DNA of 64,000 nt. Source: a virus. Of the stretch, positions 39,763 through 50,304 are shown in pieces. The number at the start of each line of letters is the position of its first letter. Position 1 is the first letter of the stretch. The notes under the pieces are model-generated. The model did not search any database. It saw nothing but the letters and a program-made list of their open reading frames with translations, and was not told the DNA's origin. A program made the translations under genes and the position numbers. Where the stretch lies: positions 54,099-118,098 of IMG/VR virus record IMGVR_UViG_3300042468_000945; one strand, given 5' to 3'.

Positions 39763-41384
39763 TAGAATATATCTCCCCTATCATATTCTGGTCTATCTAA
39801 TGATAAGTCCATATAGTGGTCATAAGGTAGATATGTGTCTGTCATTCTTCCACCAACACCTATATCCATAGCTGGAATCAAGAAGGACTCCCAATGATCA
39901 AGAGCAGCTTTAACATCTTTCTTTGCAGCATCAATTGCATCTATGAAATGATCTGATAGTGATTCTTCGTAATCAGCTAATCTTCTTCTTCTACCAACAT
40001 TTCTAATTTCATCTACAAGAATAGAAGAATAGATGTTATAAAGAGTGTAATTTTCAACCCACTTTAATACACCAAAACCAGTTAAGTTATTACTTGGACT
40101 CCTAACATAACTTTCTCTTAAAGGGTCAGAGAAGCTAGATATGCTTGGTAAGTTTAGTAACCATGCCTGATACTTAGCATTTGCCTCTAGTGATGCCATA
40201 TAAATATAGAAATTAATTAAATCGTCTGGCATTGTTGCAGCCTCTGATCTTAACCTTGATTTAATTAATCTAATATCAACGTAGTATGGGTTGTATCTAC
40301 TTGAAAACCAGAAAACTTCTTCTTGAGTTGTGGTTCTTAAACCATTCAAACTTGGTAAACCTTTTTTAACTGTTATAGTATATTTAAGGTTACTAAGTAT
40401 AGTCTCTGAAGGTGTAAAGGTTGCTGTTAGTCCAGACACTACCCACGACCCACTAACTGGAAGATCTAAATAACTAGCTTCAATATCGTTTCTTGGTAGT
40501 TGATCTTTTCTAGTAAATGATATATAATCATTAATAGCTCCAGTAGCTACGGGTTGGGAAAATGTAACGCTTATAGTTCCAAAACTGTTTACCATTGAGG
40601 TCATATGTTTTGGACTTACTTCTTCTACGTATAAGGGCTTAGTTACAGTATAGTCTGCATAATCATAAGTCCTATTTGATGTAGGGTCAGTAGCTTCTAG
40701 TTGTGTTCTCTGAAATAAAACAGTTCGTCTTTCAGAAGGTACGGTGTAGAAAGGTGTTCCTGTAACACCCACATGAGTTCTAGGTGTTACGTCCCAATTT
40801 AATGACCTCCCAACAACAGAACCAATGACAGACTCAAAACTACCTGTACTTAAAGATAGGGAGGTGCTTGCTGTTGTGAAGGTGCCAATATTAATACCAT
40901 TTTCATAGAAATTAACATCATAACCAAGATTAACAACACCCGTAGTTGCAGTACTAGCTGTCCAGCTAAATACATAAGGTAAATCAATTAGTACTGAACT
41001 GTCTGGAGGGGTTACTAGCGTTGTAGTAGATATGCCAATACTATTTGTGGTAAAGTAAATAGTATAGTCTTGTCTAGTCTTTCTTCCAACAGAATCCGCA
41101 AACCCACTTCTAACAACCAACCTATAAGATGTTGATGCTGTTAAAGTTGTACTAGGTCTTAGGGTAACTCTCTTATTACTTGCGTTATAGCTAATATATG
41201 TAAGAGGAGTAGTTGTGTTAGTTGACTCATTTATTAAGATGAATCTTTTTGATAATTCACCTGAGTCTGTTAACTGAGAGAGGTCAATATCTTTAGACCA
41301 ATCCAAGTAGATGTCAGAATCCACTAAAAAGTCTTTTTGACCGTTTTCTGGATAATTATTAACTAATTCTGGGAATCCAACCAT
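39762..41384 (-). CDS. Ig-like (Big_5-type) domain virion protein, possible head-tail adaptor
   Basis: Two Ig-like units (VNNYPENG...VTLRPSTTLTASTSYRLVV; EEVSP...SVTFSQPV...FTPSETILSNLKYTITVK) plus a helical C-terminus. Confidence 0.6.
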   Translation of the reverse strand: MVGFPELVNNYPENGQKDFLVDSDIYLDWSKDIDLSQLTDSGELSKRFILINESTNTTTPLTYISYNASNKRVTLRPSTTLTASTSYRLVVRSGFADSVGRKTRQDYTIYFTTNSIGISTTTLVTPPDSSVLIDLPYVFSWTASTATTGVVNLGYDVNFYENGINIGTFTTASTSLSLSTGSFESVIGSVVGRSLNWDVTPRTHVGVTGTPFYTVPSERRTVLFQRTQLEATDPTSNRTYDYADYTVTKPLYVEEVSPKHMTSMVNSFGTISVTFSQPVATGAINDYISFTRKDQLPRNDIEASYLDLPVSGSWVVSGLTATFTPSETILSNLKYTITVKKGLPSLNGLRTTTQEEVFWFSSRYNPYYVDIRLIKSRLRSEAATMPDDLINFYIYMASLEANAKYQAWLLNLPSISSFSDPLRESYVRSPSNNLTGFGVLKWVENYTLYNIYSSILVDEIRNVGRRRRLADYEESLSDHFIDAIDAAKKDVKAALDHWESFLIPAMDIGVGGRMTDTYLPYDHYMDLSLDRPEYDRGDIF

Positions 41385-41398
41385 CTTATTATAAATAG

Positions 41399-41424
41399 AG
41401 GCTTATCTATCACTAGATAAGCCT
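41399..41424. terminator. Intergenic stem-loop downstream of the capsid gene
   Basis: aggcttatcta-tcac-tagataagcct, perfect 11-bp stem. Confidence 0.6.
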
Positions 41425-41440
41425 TAAAAGGAGAAAATGA

Positions 41441-41460
41441 GTGGGGGTTTTCACCCCCAC
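41441..41460 (-). terminator. Stem-loop directly after the major capsid stop
   Basis: Minus strand GTGGGGG-TGAAAA-CCCCCAC followed by TCATTTT. Confidence 0.6.
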
Positions 41461-41463
41461 AAC

Positions 41464-42693
41464 TTAGACCGTATTTCTTACCGTCATAATCGGGGTAAAG
41501 TTTTCAACCACTCGAACGTTTCGAGCAACTGTCATACCCTTACCACCATCCATACCAGCAACAGCCATGTACTTACGTGCCTTAAGAGTTGTAGCATCCT
41601 TGAACCAGTCATCCATGCTGTCAATTTCAATATCGCCTCTGCTCAACATTGTCATTGAGTTTGCACTGTCAATAACATAGATGTCGGTCAAGAGGGCAGA
41701 TGCGAAACCTGAACCTGGGTGACTTGCCATAACTCCAGACTCCTGATAAGGAAGAGCGTAGTAAGGAACATAACTCAAACCAAATGGCATATTTGCACCT
41801 TGGTCAAACTTAGGCAGTTGTCGGTGAATACCGCTACCAATTTGTCCTTGGTGGAAGAATGTTGATCGGATAAGTGGATCTTGGAAGATAACGTGGTATG
41901 CCAGAGGGTGAATCAACATGTGGCTTGGTTCGTATCTGTTACCAACAACAACACCAGCCATTGTCAAGATATCCTTCAAAGCAACTGAACCGTTCCAGAC
42001 TTGTCCAACATCAACACCTGAAGTTCTTTCAGCAGATACACCAGTATCGTTGTTGAAAACTTCTTGTGCCTTCTGAGTCAAAGCCTTGTAGCAAAGTTCT
42101 TCACCGTATCGGTTAATACCATTTGCCATCAATTCAAGGTTAAGGTTGATGAGAGGATAGATTGAGTGCTCAACAACTTCTTCTGTAAGAGAAGCCATAA
42201 CACCAACCTTACCAAGTCGCAGACTAGCAATGTGTTCTTGCATAGTCATAACTTGTTGTCTGTACTCTTGTCCTTCACCAACTGGGAACGCTTGGTAAGC
42301 ACCCACAACTGGGAATGTAACTGTCAAAGGTGCTTTAGCATCTAAAGTAACCTGTTTAGCTACGTTATTTGACAGGAAGAGGGCTGGTTCCTTTGGCTTA
42401 ACCAGAATCTCACTGATAACACGCTTGAACACACCAGAAGAGTCAGAAGAGGTCAACATTTCAGCAAGGTCAACGTTTGGAACTTCCATACGGTTACCTT
42501 CTGAGTCAGTTCTAGTAAAGAGAGCGTGGACATATTCCTTAACTGAGTCCATAGCACCCAAAGCTTCTGCTTTAGAGACGTTTCCTTCCTCAGTGCCGAT
42601 AGTCATTCCAGATGCTTCAACAAATTTGTTAAATTCATATTCTGCGTTGCTGGTTGCTTCCTTGATTAAATTTAAGATACTCTTATTTTTCAT
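41464..42693 (-). CDS. Major capsid protein (HK97-like fold)
   Basis: 409 aa; VGEGQEY...LRLGKVGVMASLTEEVVEHS...YEPSHMLIHPLAY; follows protease/scaffold genes; strong terminators downstream. Confidence 0.85.
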   Translation of the reverse strand: MKNKSILNLIKEATSNAEYEFNKFVEASGMTIGTEEGNVSKAEALGAMDSVKEYVHALFTRTDSEGNRMEVPNVDLAEMLTSSDSSGVFKRVISEILVKPKEPALFLSNNVAKQVTLDAKAPLTVTFPVVGAYQAFPVGEGQEYRQQVMTMQEHIASLRLGKVGVMASLTEEVVEHSIYPLINLNLELMANGINRYGEELCYKALTQKAQEVFNNDTGVSAERTSGVDVGQVWNGSVALKDILTMAGVVVGNRYEPSHMLIHPLAYHVIFQDPLIRSTFFHQGQIGSGIHRQLPKFDQGANMPFGLSYVPYYALPYQESGVMASHPGSGFASALLTDIYVIDSANSMTMLSRGDIEIDSMDDWFKDATTLKARKYMAVAGMDGGKGMTVARNVRVVENFTPIMTVRNTV

Positions 42694-42720
42694 TTTTTTA
42701 ATTTCCTAATTATTTTTTTA

Positions 42721-42740
42721 TGGGTGGGTTGCCCCACCCA
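42721..42740. other. GC-rich stem-loop in the capsid 5' leader
   Basis: tgggtggg-ttgc-cccaccca; followed by an A tract on the sense strand, so not a sense terminator. Confidence 0.6.
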
Positions 42741-42749
42741 AAGTACATC

Positions 42750-44216
42750 TTAGTTCTTAACCAGGAACCTCATTTCACCGACAACATCGGCAAAGTTAAG
42801 GTGAGCCGGAATACCAGTTCTACTTGATGGTACCAACTGTCCAGCGGAACCTGCTCCAGCTGTAAGGTATCGTCCATCAGTAAGACCTTCAATACCAGCA
42901 CCCCACAATACTGCACCTGTTCTATCATTTGCAATTGAAGAGTAGGTTACTCGTACTGCTGTAATTGTTGCAACGTTTGCAGCAAATTCAATAGTACCTG
43001 TTCTCCAGTTAATGTTGTGGTATGGTCCGTTAAGAGCAACCACCAGACTAAGTTGAGGACCTGAAGGGAGTGTAAACCAGTTGTCTGAAGAGTATGTTGC
43101 AAGAATTCCAGTGCTTGGATCAAGAACAGTTCCTTGCATTTCTACAACTACAGCGTGGTTGATGGAAAGAGGAGCATTAAGGATTCGATAAACTCTGTTA
43201 GCAGTAACAACCGAAGCAGCTTCCTGATTTCGAGTAACAACAGCAACCTTTTGACTCATTGGAGGATAGTTGAGGTAGTCGCCTCTAGCAACTTCAACAA
43301 ACTTGAACAGTTCTTCTCTTGACTTAACATCAGCGAGAGATTGAATTCTTACAACTTCTCCACCATGTTGTTCTTCAGCTTGACCGTACTCATAGAAGAT
43401 TTCAGTTGAAGTAGCTGGCAATGTTGCAACCCAGTTTGTACCGTTGAAGGCAAAAGTGGTTGAGCCAGTTACAACAGTTGTTGTATTTCTAAGAGCAATG
43501 GCGCGTGGTTCAATACCAGGATAGATTGCTTCTGTCAAAGTAACAGTAGTACCAGCAGAGAACAATTGGAATCTAACTGTCTTTTCTTGTCGCTTAACTG
43601 GCTTACCTCTGTGAATCCAACCAATAGCTGAAGTGCTAGTTGTTGATCCCCAGAAACCTGTCAAACTGTCACCAGAAACCAAAGCACCTTGTGCGTTGTT
43701 AACTGACAATACGAATGGGGCAGCAGCCAAGAATCCGCGTCTGAACTTTACATCAGATGCACTTTGTGCTGAGTCTGTACCAAACGTATTTCCTGTTTGC
43801 CAGAATTCACCACCAGCAGTTGGGTTGCCAGTAGAATACTGTGCAGTGCTCTTGAAGATGTTATTAGTTGACAATCCAACAGGAGTCAAGTTTCTTCCAT
43901 CGTGAAGAGTAAGCATAGTCAAACCTCTAGCAGCTTGTCCCATTCTAGATGTGTTAACCGAAGCAACACCACCAGTGCTAGTATAGGAAGCATCAGCAGA
44001 AGCAGCTGATTGGCCAATAGACACAAAACGACCTGCTGGGATTACAATAGTTCCGGCTGGATCGTAAGGGTCAGCAAATTGACCAGGAAGGAATGGGTCA
44101 ACACGCAGAGCTTCTGGCGGTGTTTGACCAACTTGTGGTCCTGAGACTTCTGTAAAGCCTCCGGTCCATCTTTTTGTAGGCTGCATTGACGAGCCATAGA
44201 AATCTGAAATACTCAT
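42750..44216 (-). CDS. Virion structural protein (capsid decoration-like)
   Basis: 488 aa, Gly/Ala/Thr-rich and beta-rich; IVIPAGRFV pattern; immediately upstream of the major capsid gene. Confidence 0.55.
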   Translation of the reverse strand: MSISDFYGSSMQPTKRWTGGFTEVSGPQVGQTPPEALRVDPFLPGQFADPYDPAGTIVIPAGRFVSIGQSAASADASYTSTGGVASVNTSRMGQAARGLTMLTLHDGRNLTPVGLSTNNIFKSTAQYSTGNPTAGGEFWQTGNTFGTDSAQSASDVKFRRGFLAAAPFVLSVNNAQGALVSGDSLTGFWGSTTSTSAIGWIHRGKPVKRQEKTVRFQLFSAGTTVTLTEAIYPGIEPRAIALRNTTTVVTGSTTFAFNGTNWVATLPATSTEIFYEYGQAEEQHGGEVVRIQSLADVKSREELFKFVEVARGDYLNYPPMSQKVAVVTRNQEAASVVTANRVYRILNAPLSINHAVVVEMQGTVLDPSTGILATYSSDNWFTLPSGPQLSLVVALNGPYHNINWRTGTIEFAANVATITAVRVTYSSIANDRTGAVLWGAGIEGLTDGRYLTAGAGSAGQLVPSSRTGIPAHLNFADVVGEMRFLVKN

Positions 44217-45439
44217 TACTTAGTTTCTCCTAATTTTTTCTTTTTACTGTTTTTGAATGATGAAAAGTGCGTTTTCTCAAATACTTCTAGTATTGTTTCT
44301 GGTTTATTTGTTTCTTTTGCTTTACTAGATTCTTCTGAATTGGGTTGTGCAACTACGTCTACTTTAGGTGTTTCCTCTGCCTTACCTTCAACTGGTTTTA
44401 ACATCAGCTTCTTTAAGACCGAAGTACCGAAAACAGAATACGGCTTTGCGTTTTCTTCTAAACTTTCATTACTAATCCCAAGTTTTCTTACTGCCCCGAC
44501 AAGTTTCATCAAACTTTCTTTTTCAGTGTTTTGGGCTTCGTGCTTTGTGAAGTATGACAACAGAAATTCGTTTGTTAAAACAACTGGGCTGTCAAATTCA
44601 CTTTCTTTAACTAATAGAGGGGAATACTCTTTATTTTCAATAATCTTTTCTTTAATATTATTTGAAAAACTAAGTATTTTTTCTTTTATGTCATTACTAA
44701 TAGAGTAAGTTTCTGCTAGTAAATCAATATTATCTGAAAACTCCTTAAATTCTGCTTCTGTATTTAAAACAAAAGGAACGTATTTTGTAACTTTACTGTC
44801 AGAGCCGACTGATTCAATTTGGATTGGAGTAAAGCCAACACCATTTTCTGTCTTAACAATACCATACTTAGCAGAAGCTTCAAATACCTTATTTGTTGTA
44901 TCTTCTTTTTCTTCTAAGCTTTCTAATGTTTTAACTGCTAGTAATGCGGACTCCAAGTTGTAAACTGGAAATGTTTTGTTTTCTCCAGCAAATACAGTTT
45001 CAGGAAGACTCTCAAATTCTTTTTGAGTATACTCAGAATCACCCATACTTTCTGTAAGACCGTAAAACGACTCCAAAGGAACCATCTTTACAGACTCTTC
45101 TTCAGACAGAGTAAATTCGCCGCCTTGAAGTACGTATGACATAACTGCAACCTGTACAGCTTCTTCTGTCCAATCACCGTAAATTTCTAGTGACTCTTCT
45201 TGGCACTTTGTAAGTAATGCCTCATCACCAACTCCTTCATTTGGTGCTTCTGCTGCTGCTAAAGCCTTTACTACCAAACCTGCAACCTTATTCTGAGCGT
45301 AGAAGCTCTCAATAAGAGACAAGCAAATGGAATTAAAGTCGTTTAAAGACTTTTCATCTTCCTTCAACTCCTCTTTTGCTTTTTTAAGTTCAGTTAAGGA
45401 CTTTAGGCACATATTTACTTTTTCTTTTAATTCTTTCAT
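44216..45439 (-). CDS. Scaffold-like acidic protein
   Basis: 407 aa, very Glu/Lys-rich; LPETVFAGENKTFPV motif; follows the protease gene. Confidence 0.5.
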   Translation of the reverse strand: MKELKEKVNMCLKSLTELKKAKEELKEDEKSLNDFNSICLSLIESFYAQNKVAGLVVKALAAAEAPNEGVGDEALLTKCQEESLEIYGDWTEEAVQVAVMSYVLQGGEFTLSEEESVKMVPLESFYGLTESMGDSEYTQKEFESLPETVFAGENKTFPVYNLESALLAVKTLESLEEKEDTTNKVFEASAKYGIVKTENGVGFTPIQIESVGSDSKVTKYVPFVLNTEAEFKEFSDNIDLLAETYSISNDIKEKILSFSNNIKEKIIENKEYSPLLVKESEFDSPVVLTNEFLLSYFTKHEAQNTEKESLMKLVGAVRKLGISNESLEENAKPYSVFGTSVLKKLMLKPVEGKAEETPKVDVVAQPNSEESSKAKETNKPETILEVFEKTHFSSFKNSKKKKLGETK

Positions 45440-46863
45440 TATTTTTGTACCTTATCAATAGTTGCATTAATTTTTTCTAAAGACTCTTTGCTTATTCCTA
45501 AACCAATGCCCCATAATTGAAGAGTGTTAGAATCTAAACAATTTTCCATTACTTGTTTAAAACTCCAAGCCCAGTTCAAATCAACATTATCCCAAGACTC
45601 TTTGTTGTGTAAAGCTAATAGAGGAATAGAAAAAGGTGAATTCTTTAATATTTCGCTGTTAGGATCTGATTTTTTCTTAAAATATTCCTTTAATTCTGTT
45701 TTTTCTTTTTCTGTAAGGTTATCAGTTATGCTTAATTGAATTGCCTCACCAGTTTTAGTAATATTTTTTTGTTCAAGCTTCTTAATATTAAGAGACTCTT
45801 TATTTCCTATTAACTGTCTACCAAGAATGTATTCAGAGTTTAATACCTTAACAACCTTAAAACTATTATTATCTTTGTCTACAACAATAGTATTTTCTGT
45901 GATAGGTTCTTTAGTAGATTCCGTTACATCTGCTTTTTCAGCTTCCTTCTCACCAGAGAAAGCAATATTCCATTGCTTTGGTCTCTTTTGTGATTCAATA
46001 AACTCAGCATCTGGAGCAATAGCATAATACTCACTTGAAGACATTTCAAGAACATTTTCAAGAGTTAAAGCATCACAGAACTCAAATGTATTTTCACCAA
46101 TCTTCTTTTGCCCTAAAAGCATTCTTACATTATCAATACCAATGTCAGAATCTTGTGTATACGCATCAGTATCGCTAGGAGAGTTTACATAACTAACTTC
46201 TGCGCCTCTGATCCCTTTATAAGTCCAGTAAGATAGTTGTTCTTTATTGCCAACATTATATCTCTGTCCCCTAGAATATGGCGGCAACTCTTTTCCTTGT
46301 CGTCTAAGTTGAATTAAATCTTGCCCAGAAATAGACTCAATAAGTCCCTCAGCATTTGCACCAATAGAAACAGTGTGGAAAGCTCCACCTAATACTTTAG
46401 GTACAGCAGTTTGGTCACTAATGCAACATACAAATTGCATAGCACCATCACCTTTTTCATATCCTGGCATACCACCTTTTGCAGGAATAATTTTGCTTGC
46501 TTCATGTGGTTTGTAGGAAGACATTAATACTCTTCCTAAAGGTGAAGAAGCAGGATTCCAACCATCACTTAATCTGTGTTCTTCAATAACAGGTTTAGCA
46601 TATGGTAAAACCCAACTAGAATATCCAGTTGGATTAGACTTATTCTTCTTACCAATTAATTCTTGTCTAGGATAATAAGTACTATTCCTAGTAATCTTCT
46701 CAGAATTCAAAGCATTAATTAAGGGGTAAACTGCCTGAACATCCTTAACCTTAAAATCAGCAATAGCTGCTTCTTGAATAGGTCCACCTAATCCATCATA
46801 GATAGGATTCTCTACCCTTAAAACTGCTGATTCATTTATAATATGTAAATTATTTATATCCAT
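45439..46863 (-). CDS. Prohead protease-like protein
   Basis: TRNSTYY, PVIEEH, PLGRV, TVSIG and EVSYVNSPSD patterns of HK97-type maturation proteases. Confidence 0.7.
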   Translation of the reverse strand: MDINNLHIINESAVLRVENPIYDGLGGPIQEAAIADFKVKDVQAVYPLINALNSEKITRNSTYYPRQELIGKKNKSNPTGYSSWVLPYAKPVIEEHRLSDGWNPASSPLGRVLMSSYKPHEASKIIPAKGGMPGYEKGDGAMQFVCCISDQTAVPKVLGGAFHTVSIGANAEGLIESISGQDLIQLRRQGKELPPYSRGQRYNVGNKEQLSYWTYKGIRGAEVSYVNSPSDTDAYTQDSDIGIDNVRMLLGQKKIGENTFEFCDALTLENVLEMSSSEYYAIAPDAEFIESQKRPKQWNIAFSGEKEAEKADVTESTKEPITENTIVVDKDNNSFKVVKVLNSEYILGRQLIGNKESLNIKKLEQKNITKTGEAIQLSITDNLTEKEKTELKEYFKKKSDPNSEILKNSPFSIPLLALHNKESWDNVDLNWAWSFKQVMENCLDSNTLQLWGIGLGISKESLEKINATIDKVQK

Positions 46864-46872
46864 TATACACCC

Positions 46873-47649
46873 TTAACTAAAGAATTTAGCAATTGCTCCA
46901 CCCCATTTGGTTCCCTTAATATTTGAGAAACCAGCAGAACCCTTCTTTCCTACAAATTTGGCGGCGGTATCAAAGTGATTGCTCATAGCTTGTTTATTCA
47001 TTGCAGAGTAATAAGCACCATAACCATATGCTGCACCCATACCTGCTGACAAAGCTGCTCCACCATATTCACCATGCCTAAGTCGGTCATAAGTTTTACC
47101 AACAGCACCAAGTGCCATTAAACCACCAATCCCAGCACCAATATTTCCAGCATGTTTGGCAAACTTTCCAACAGAATTGTAGGGTACAATATCTCTAGTC
47201 ATAGAAGATGCACTAGTTTTACCACCAAAACCACCCATTCTTGGTCCTCTTCGCTTGTAAGAAGCTCTACCACCTGCTCCACTTGCTCCAGTTGCACCAC
47301 CATCAAATGGTACAATTGCTCTGCTTCCACCATATGGACTATAAGCATCACCAACAGGGACACCAGCATAATTTGGTCCAGCTGGTGGTGTGTAAGGTGC
47401 AATTGCTGTGCTTCCATTATAAGCTGGAACAACCGACCTACTTCCAGTATAGGACGGTACAATCGCCCTACTTCCACTGTAAGGTACGGGCACACCCGCG
47501 TAATTACCAGCAGAAGAAGGCACTATTCCCGCACCACCATGTGGTACAATTGATCTATTTACTATTGGGGGAGCACCAGGAGAAATTAAAGGTCCTCTCC
47601 TGTTAGCTGCACCCATTCCATAAGGGTTGCCCCTATATCCACCTAACAT
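46873..47649 (-). CDS. Gly/Pro/Tyr-rich low-complexity protein with repeats and Gly-zipper C-terminus
   Basis: Repeats GSRAIVPSY, GSRSVVPAY, GSTAIAPY, GSRAIVPF; GGAGG RBS. Confidence 0.65.
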   Translation of the reverse strand: MLGGYRGNPYGMGAANRRGPLISPGAPPIVNRSIVPHGGAGIVPSSAGNYAGVPVPYSGSRAIVPSYTGSRSVVPAYNGSTAIAPYTPPAGPNYAGVPVGDAYSPYGGSRAIVPFDGGATGASGAGGRASYKRRGPRMGGFGGKTSASSMTRDIVPYNSVGKFAKHAGNIGAGIGGLMALGAVGKTYDRLRHGEYGGAALSAGMGAAYGYGAYYSAMNKQAMSNHFDTAAKFVGKKGSAGFSNIKGTKWGGAIAKFFS

Positions 47650-47652
47650 AAT

Positions 47653-47862
47653 TTATACTTCCTCCGAATTATCGTCTACTTTTTGTTTTGGTGGTTGTAG
47701 TAACCACAAAAATGCCCCATCAAAAGCAATCCATAGGACATTAGATACTGTTTTAATTAATTCTCCTGCTGGTATTGGCAAAGGTTCGTTTACAGATAAC
47801 CCTTTTGCTATTAAACCAAAAAAGAGTAGTACGGCTTTAGGCCAACCCCAATCTATTTTCAT
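47653..47862 (-). CDS. Small membrane protein
   Basis: 69 aa with two hydrophobic segments; 4-nt overlap with the upstream gene. Confidence 0.55.
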   Translation of the reverse strand: MKIDWGWPKAVLLFFGLIAKGLSVNEPLPIPAGELIKTVSNVLWIAFDGAFLWLLQPPKQKVDDNSEEV

Positions 47863-48137
47863 TTATTTTGATCCCTCAACAATCCTTCTAACCTCTCCAT
47901 TCTTTCAGCCATTGCGTCATGTTTTTCAGTAACCTTTTCTAGGCTTTCTAACCTATCCCCAAGTTTTTCAACTGAATATGATAATCCATCAATAGCAGAT
48001 TTAAATTGAAACATTAAATTAACAAGCATCTCTCTGTCTTTAGCAGCCATTCTAAGAACCCAGCCAATAGAGATCAGGGCTAATACAGCCCATGCTCCTT
48101 CTTTCTCAAATGCTTTATATACTTCTGGAGGGATCAT
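47859..48137 (-). CDS. Holin-like protein (one TM helix plus coiled coil)
   Basis: EGAWAVLALISIGWVLR TM helix followed by a heptad-like charged tail, the architecture of BhlA-type holins. Confidence 0.45.
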   Translation of the reverse strand: MIPPEVYKAFEKEGAWAVLALISIGWVLRMAAKDREMLVNLMFQFKSAIDGLSYSVEKLGDRLESLEKVTEKHDAMAERMERLEGLLRDQNK

Positions 48138-48146
48138 TTATTTTGC

Positions 48147-49781
48147 CTATTCTTCTACAAGTTGTTTCAGATATTCTAGTAATGCGGGTGGATCATCCGC
48201 TAAATTAGTGATAGTCTCTTCAAGCCCTTCAAAGTAAATTTCAAATTCAAGAACAAACCCTTCAATAAAGGAATTTATTTGATTTCTATTGAAATTTTCA
48301 TCAAAAAATGATTCAACTTTTTTCTTTTTAACTAGAGGTTTTGTTTTTGGTGTTGTAGGAGCAACTGGTTCTGGTGCATAATCTGCCTTAGCTTTCGCCT
48401 CAGCTTTTGCGATAGGTATAGTTACCCTATTCATATAGAGGTCACTTAACTTAACTTTTTCAGGTATTTGTGATAATTTTCTGAATTCGTCTAGCCCAAT
48501 ACCATTCTTAGTGAAGACATCAACAAAGTGTGATCGAAGCTTAATCATTCTTGCTTCATCAACTTCCTTGAAGATAAGAGTTACTTGATCTTGTTCGTTA
48601 GTATACGGATCAAAACCACCTTCCCAAAGCATTTCATTAAATAAGAACATTTGTATATTCAAAGAAATTTCTGATTGACAGAACCTAATACGATTCATTA
48701 AAAGTTCAACAGCAGCTTCACCAGTACCGATAGTACCAGTTTCAAATCCCATTAAGAAGGAAGAAACACCTAAACCAGAAAAAGCACGAGTTGCAAAGTA
48801 CTTTAAATAACCTTCAGTTCTAAGTGATTGAGATTCAGAACCTAATACTTTAAGTTCGTGTGTTCCAGGAGTTACAATTAAACCATCCTGAGTCATCCTT
48901 CTGTGACTTGCTAGAACTTTACTAACTTCTTCTTGTGGGTTTTCGTATGGGTTATTTGATCTAAGAATTCTGTGCCATAAAATAGGAATAGTATTCTTTT
49001 TAAGTCCAATAGCTGTTGTTTGTTCAATATTTCTAAGTAAAGAAATATCATCAAGGGCTGGGAAAGTAATTCCTATACCATAATGAGAGTTTGATGGTTT
49101 CTTATATGGTGTGTGAAGAATGTCTACACCATTTTTAAGTACAAGCTTATCCTTATTCTTACTAGGTGACTGAGTTCTATTAATTAAACCTAAATTAGAG
49201 TTTAATGGATCTGATGCTGGAAGGACTAATTTTGTATTGTCTTTTTGATTACCTGTAACAGTCCAACCAAAGAATTGTCCTTCTTCTAAGTATGGTTCGT
49301 ACTTAGTTGGACTTACAATGAATAAACCGTTAATAGCATAAGGCTTTTCAACGTATAGTGGTCTCTTAACTAGTTTATTTTCTTGTGTTCCACCCCTTAT
49401 TTTTAAGAGCATAGGGTTACCATGTTTAAAATATTCATGGCAATATCTAGCAATAAGAGTCTTCCAATGCTCCCCTGTTGATAAACTAATAAGGGTTAAT
49501 CTTTTTTCAAGATACTTTACAGCTTCAGTGTTTTGTGATTGAAGCTCAAAGTCTTTAAACATTTCAGCATGTCTATCAACCGCAACTCTAACAAATCCAT
49601 CAACTGTGTATGCTTTACAAGCTTTGTCAATGACTTTCTTTATATCTTTATCATCAACATTGTGTTTACTAAAACTATAATCTACTGAAGTACTAGGAGC
49701 ACTTACAGAGGTGATACCTTCACTAACTACAACATTATTTTTTTGAACAAAACCAAGATCGTTTGTAAAATTACGCTTCAT
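48147..49781 (-). CDS. Portal protein
   Basis: 544 aa between terminase and head genes; AYTVDGFVRVAVDR, HGNPML, HYGIG..FPALDDISLLRNIE, FSGLGVS. Confidence 0.78.
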   Translation of the reverse strand: MKRNFTNDLGFVQKNNVVVSEGITSVSAPSTSVDYSFSKHNVDDKDIKKVIDKACKAYTVDGFVRVAVDRHAEMFKDFELQSQNTEAVKYLEKRLTLISLSTGEHWKTLIARYCHEYFKHGNPMLLKIRGGTQENKLVKRPLYVEKPYAINGLFIVSPTKYEPYLEEGQFFGWTVTGNQKDNTKLVLPASDPLNSNLGLINRTQSPSKNKDKLVLKNGVDILHTPYKKPSNSHYGIGITFPALDDISLLRNIEQTTAIGLKKNTIPILWHRILRSNNPYENPQEEVSKVLASHRRMTQDGLIVTPGTHELKVLGSESQSLRTEGYLKYFATRAFSGLGVSSFLMGFETGTIGTGEAAVELLMNRIRFCQSEISLNIQMFLFNEMLWEGGFDPYTNEQDQVTLIFKEVDEARMIKLRSHFVDVFTKNGIGLDEFRKLSQIPEKVKLSDLYMNRVTIPIAKAEAKAKADYAPEPVAPTTPKTKPLVKKKKVESFFDENFNRNQINSFIEGFVLEFEIYFEGLEETITNLADDPPALLEYLKQLVEE

Positions 49782-50304
49782 TTAATGCCTCTTCTAATTT
49801 ACTAACTACACTTGCTTTATTTACTGGGTCATCCCAATTAAAAATAACTAGTTTAGGTTTTGTTGCAATGCCAAGTGTTCCACAAAGGGGCAGGCATTTC
49901 TTAATTGTTTCTATATCCAAACTTGCCCTTTCCCAGTGTTCATTACTAATACCCAGATTCAAAGCAGTTTGTTTAGAAGCTGTTTCTGGGCCACCTACTA
50001 CCACATAGAGTGGAATTTCGGGGCAAACAAAGTCAAATTTAGGTATATTATTATTACTTATCTCAAAATAATTAAATTTTCCACCCTCAATTACATTTAA
50101 ATTCTCAACAGTGTTTTCAATTTGATTGAATACTGCAACCTTATTTTGTTTAGTATTTAAAACAAGTAATGGTAAGTCATTGTAAATACAATCACCTACA
50201 ACATCTATTCTTCTTTGTTTTTCTGTGAGGACATTTTTACTTTCACAGAAATAAACTAACTTTATTAAAAATTGTTTTAATTTAATTACAAGACTACTTA
50301 TCAT
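49771..50304 (-). CDS. Hypothetical protein
   Basis: 177-aa ORF overlapping both neighbours. Confidence 0.55.
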   Translation of the reverse strand: MISSLVIKLKQFLIKLVYFCESKNVLTEKQRRIDVVGDCIYNDLPLLVLNTKQNKVAVFNQIENTVENLNVIEGGKFNYFEISNNNIPKFDFVCPEIPLYVVVGGPETASKQTALNLGISNEHWERASLDIETIKKCLPLCGTLGIATKPKLVIFNWDDPVNKASVVSKLEEALNEA

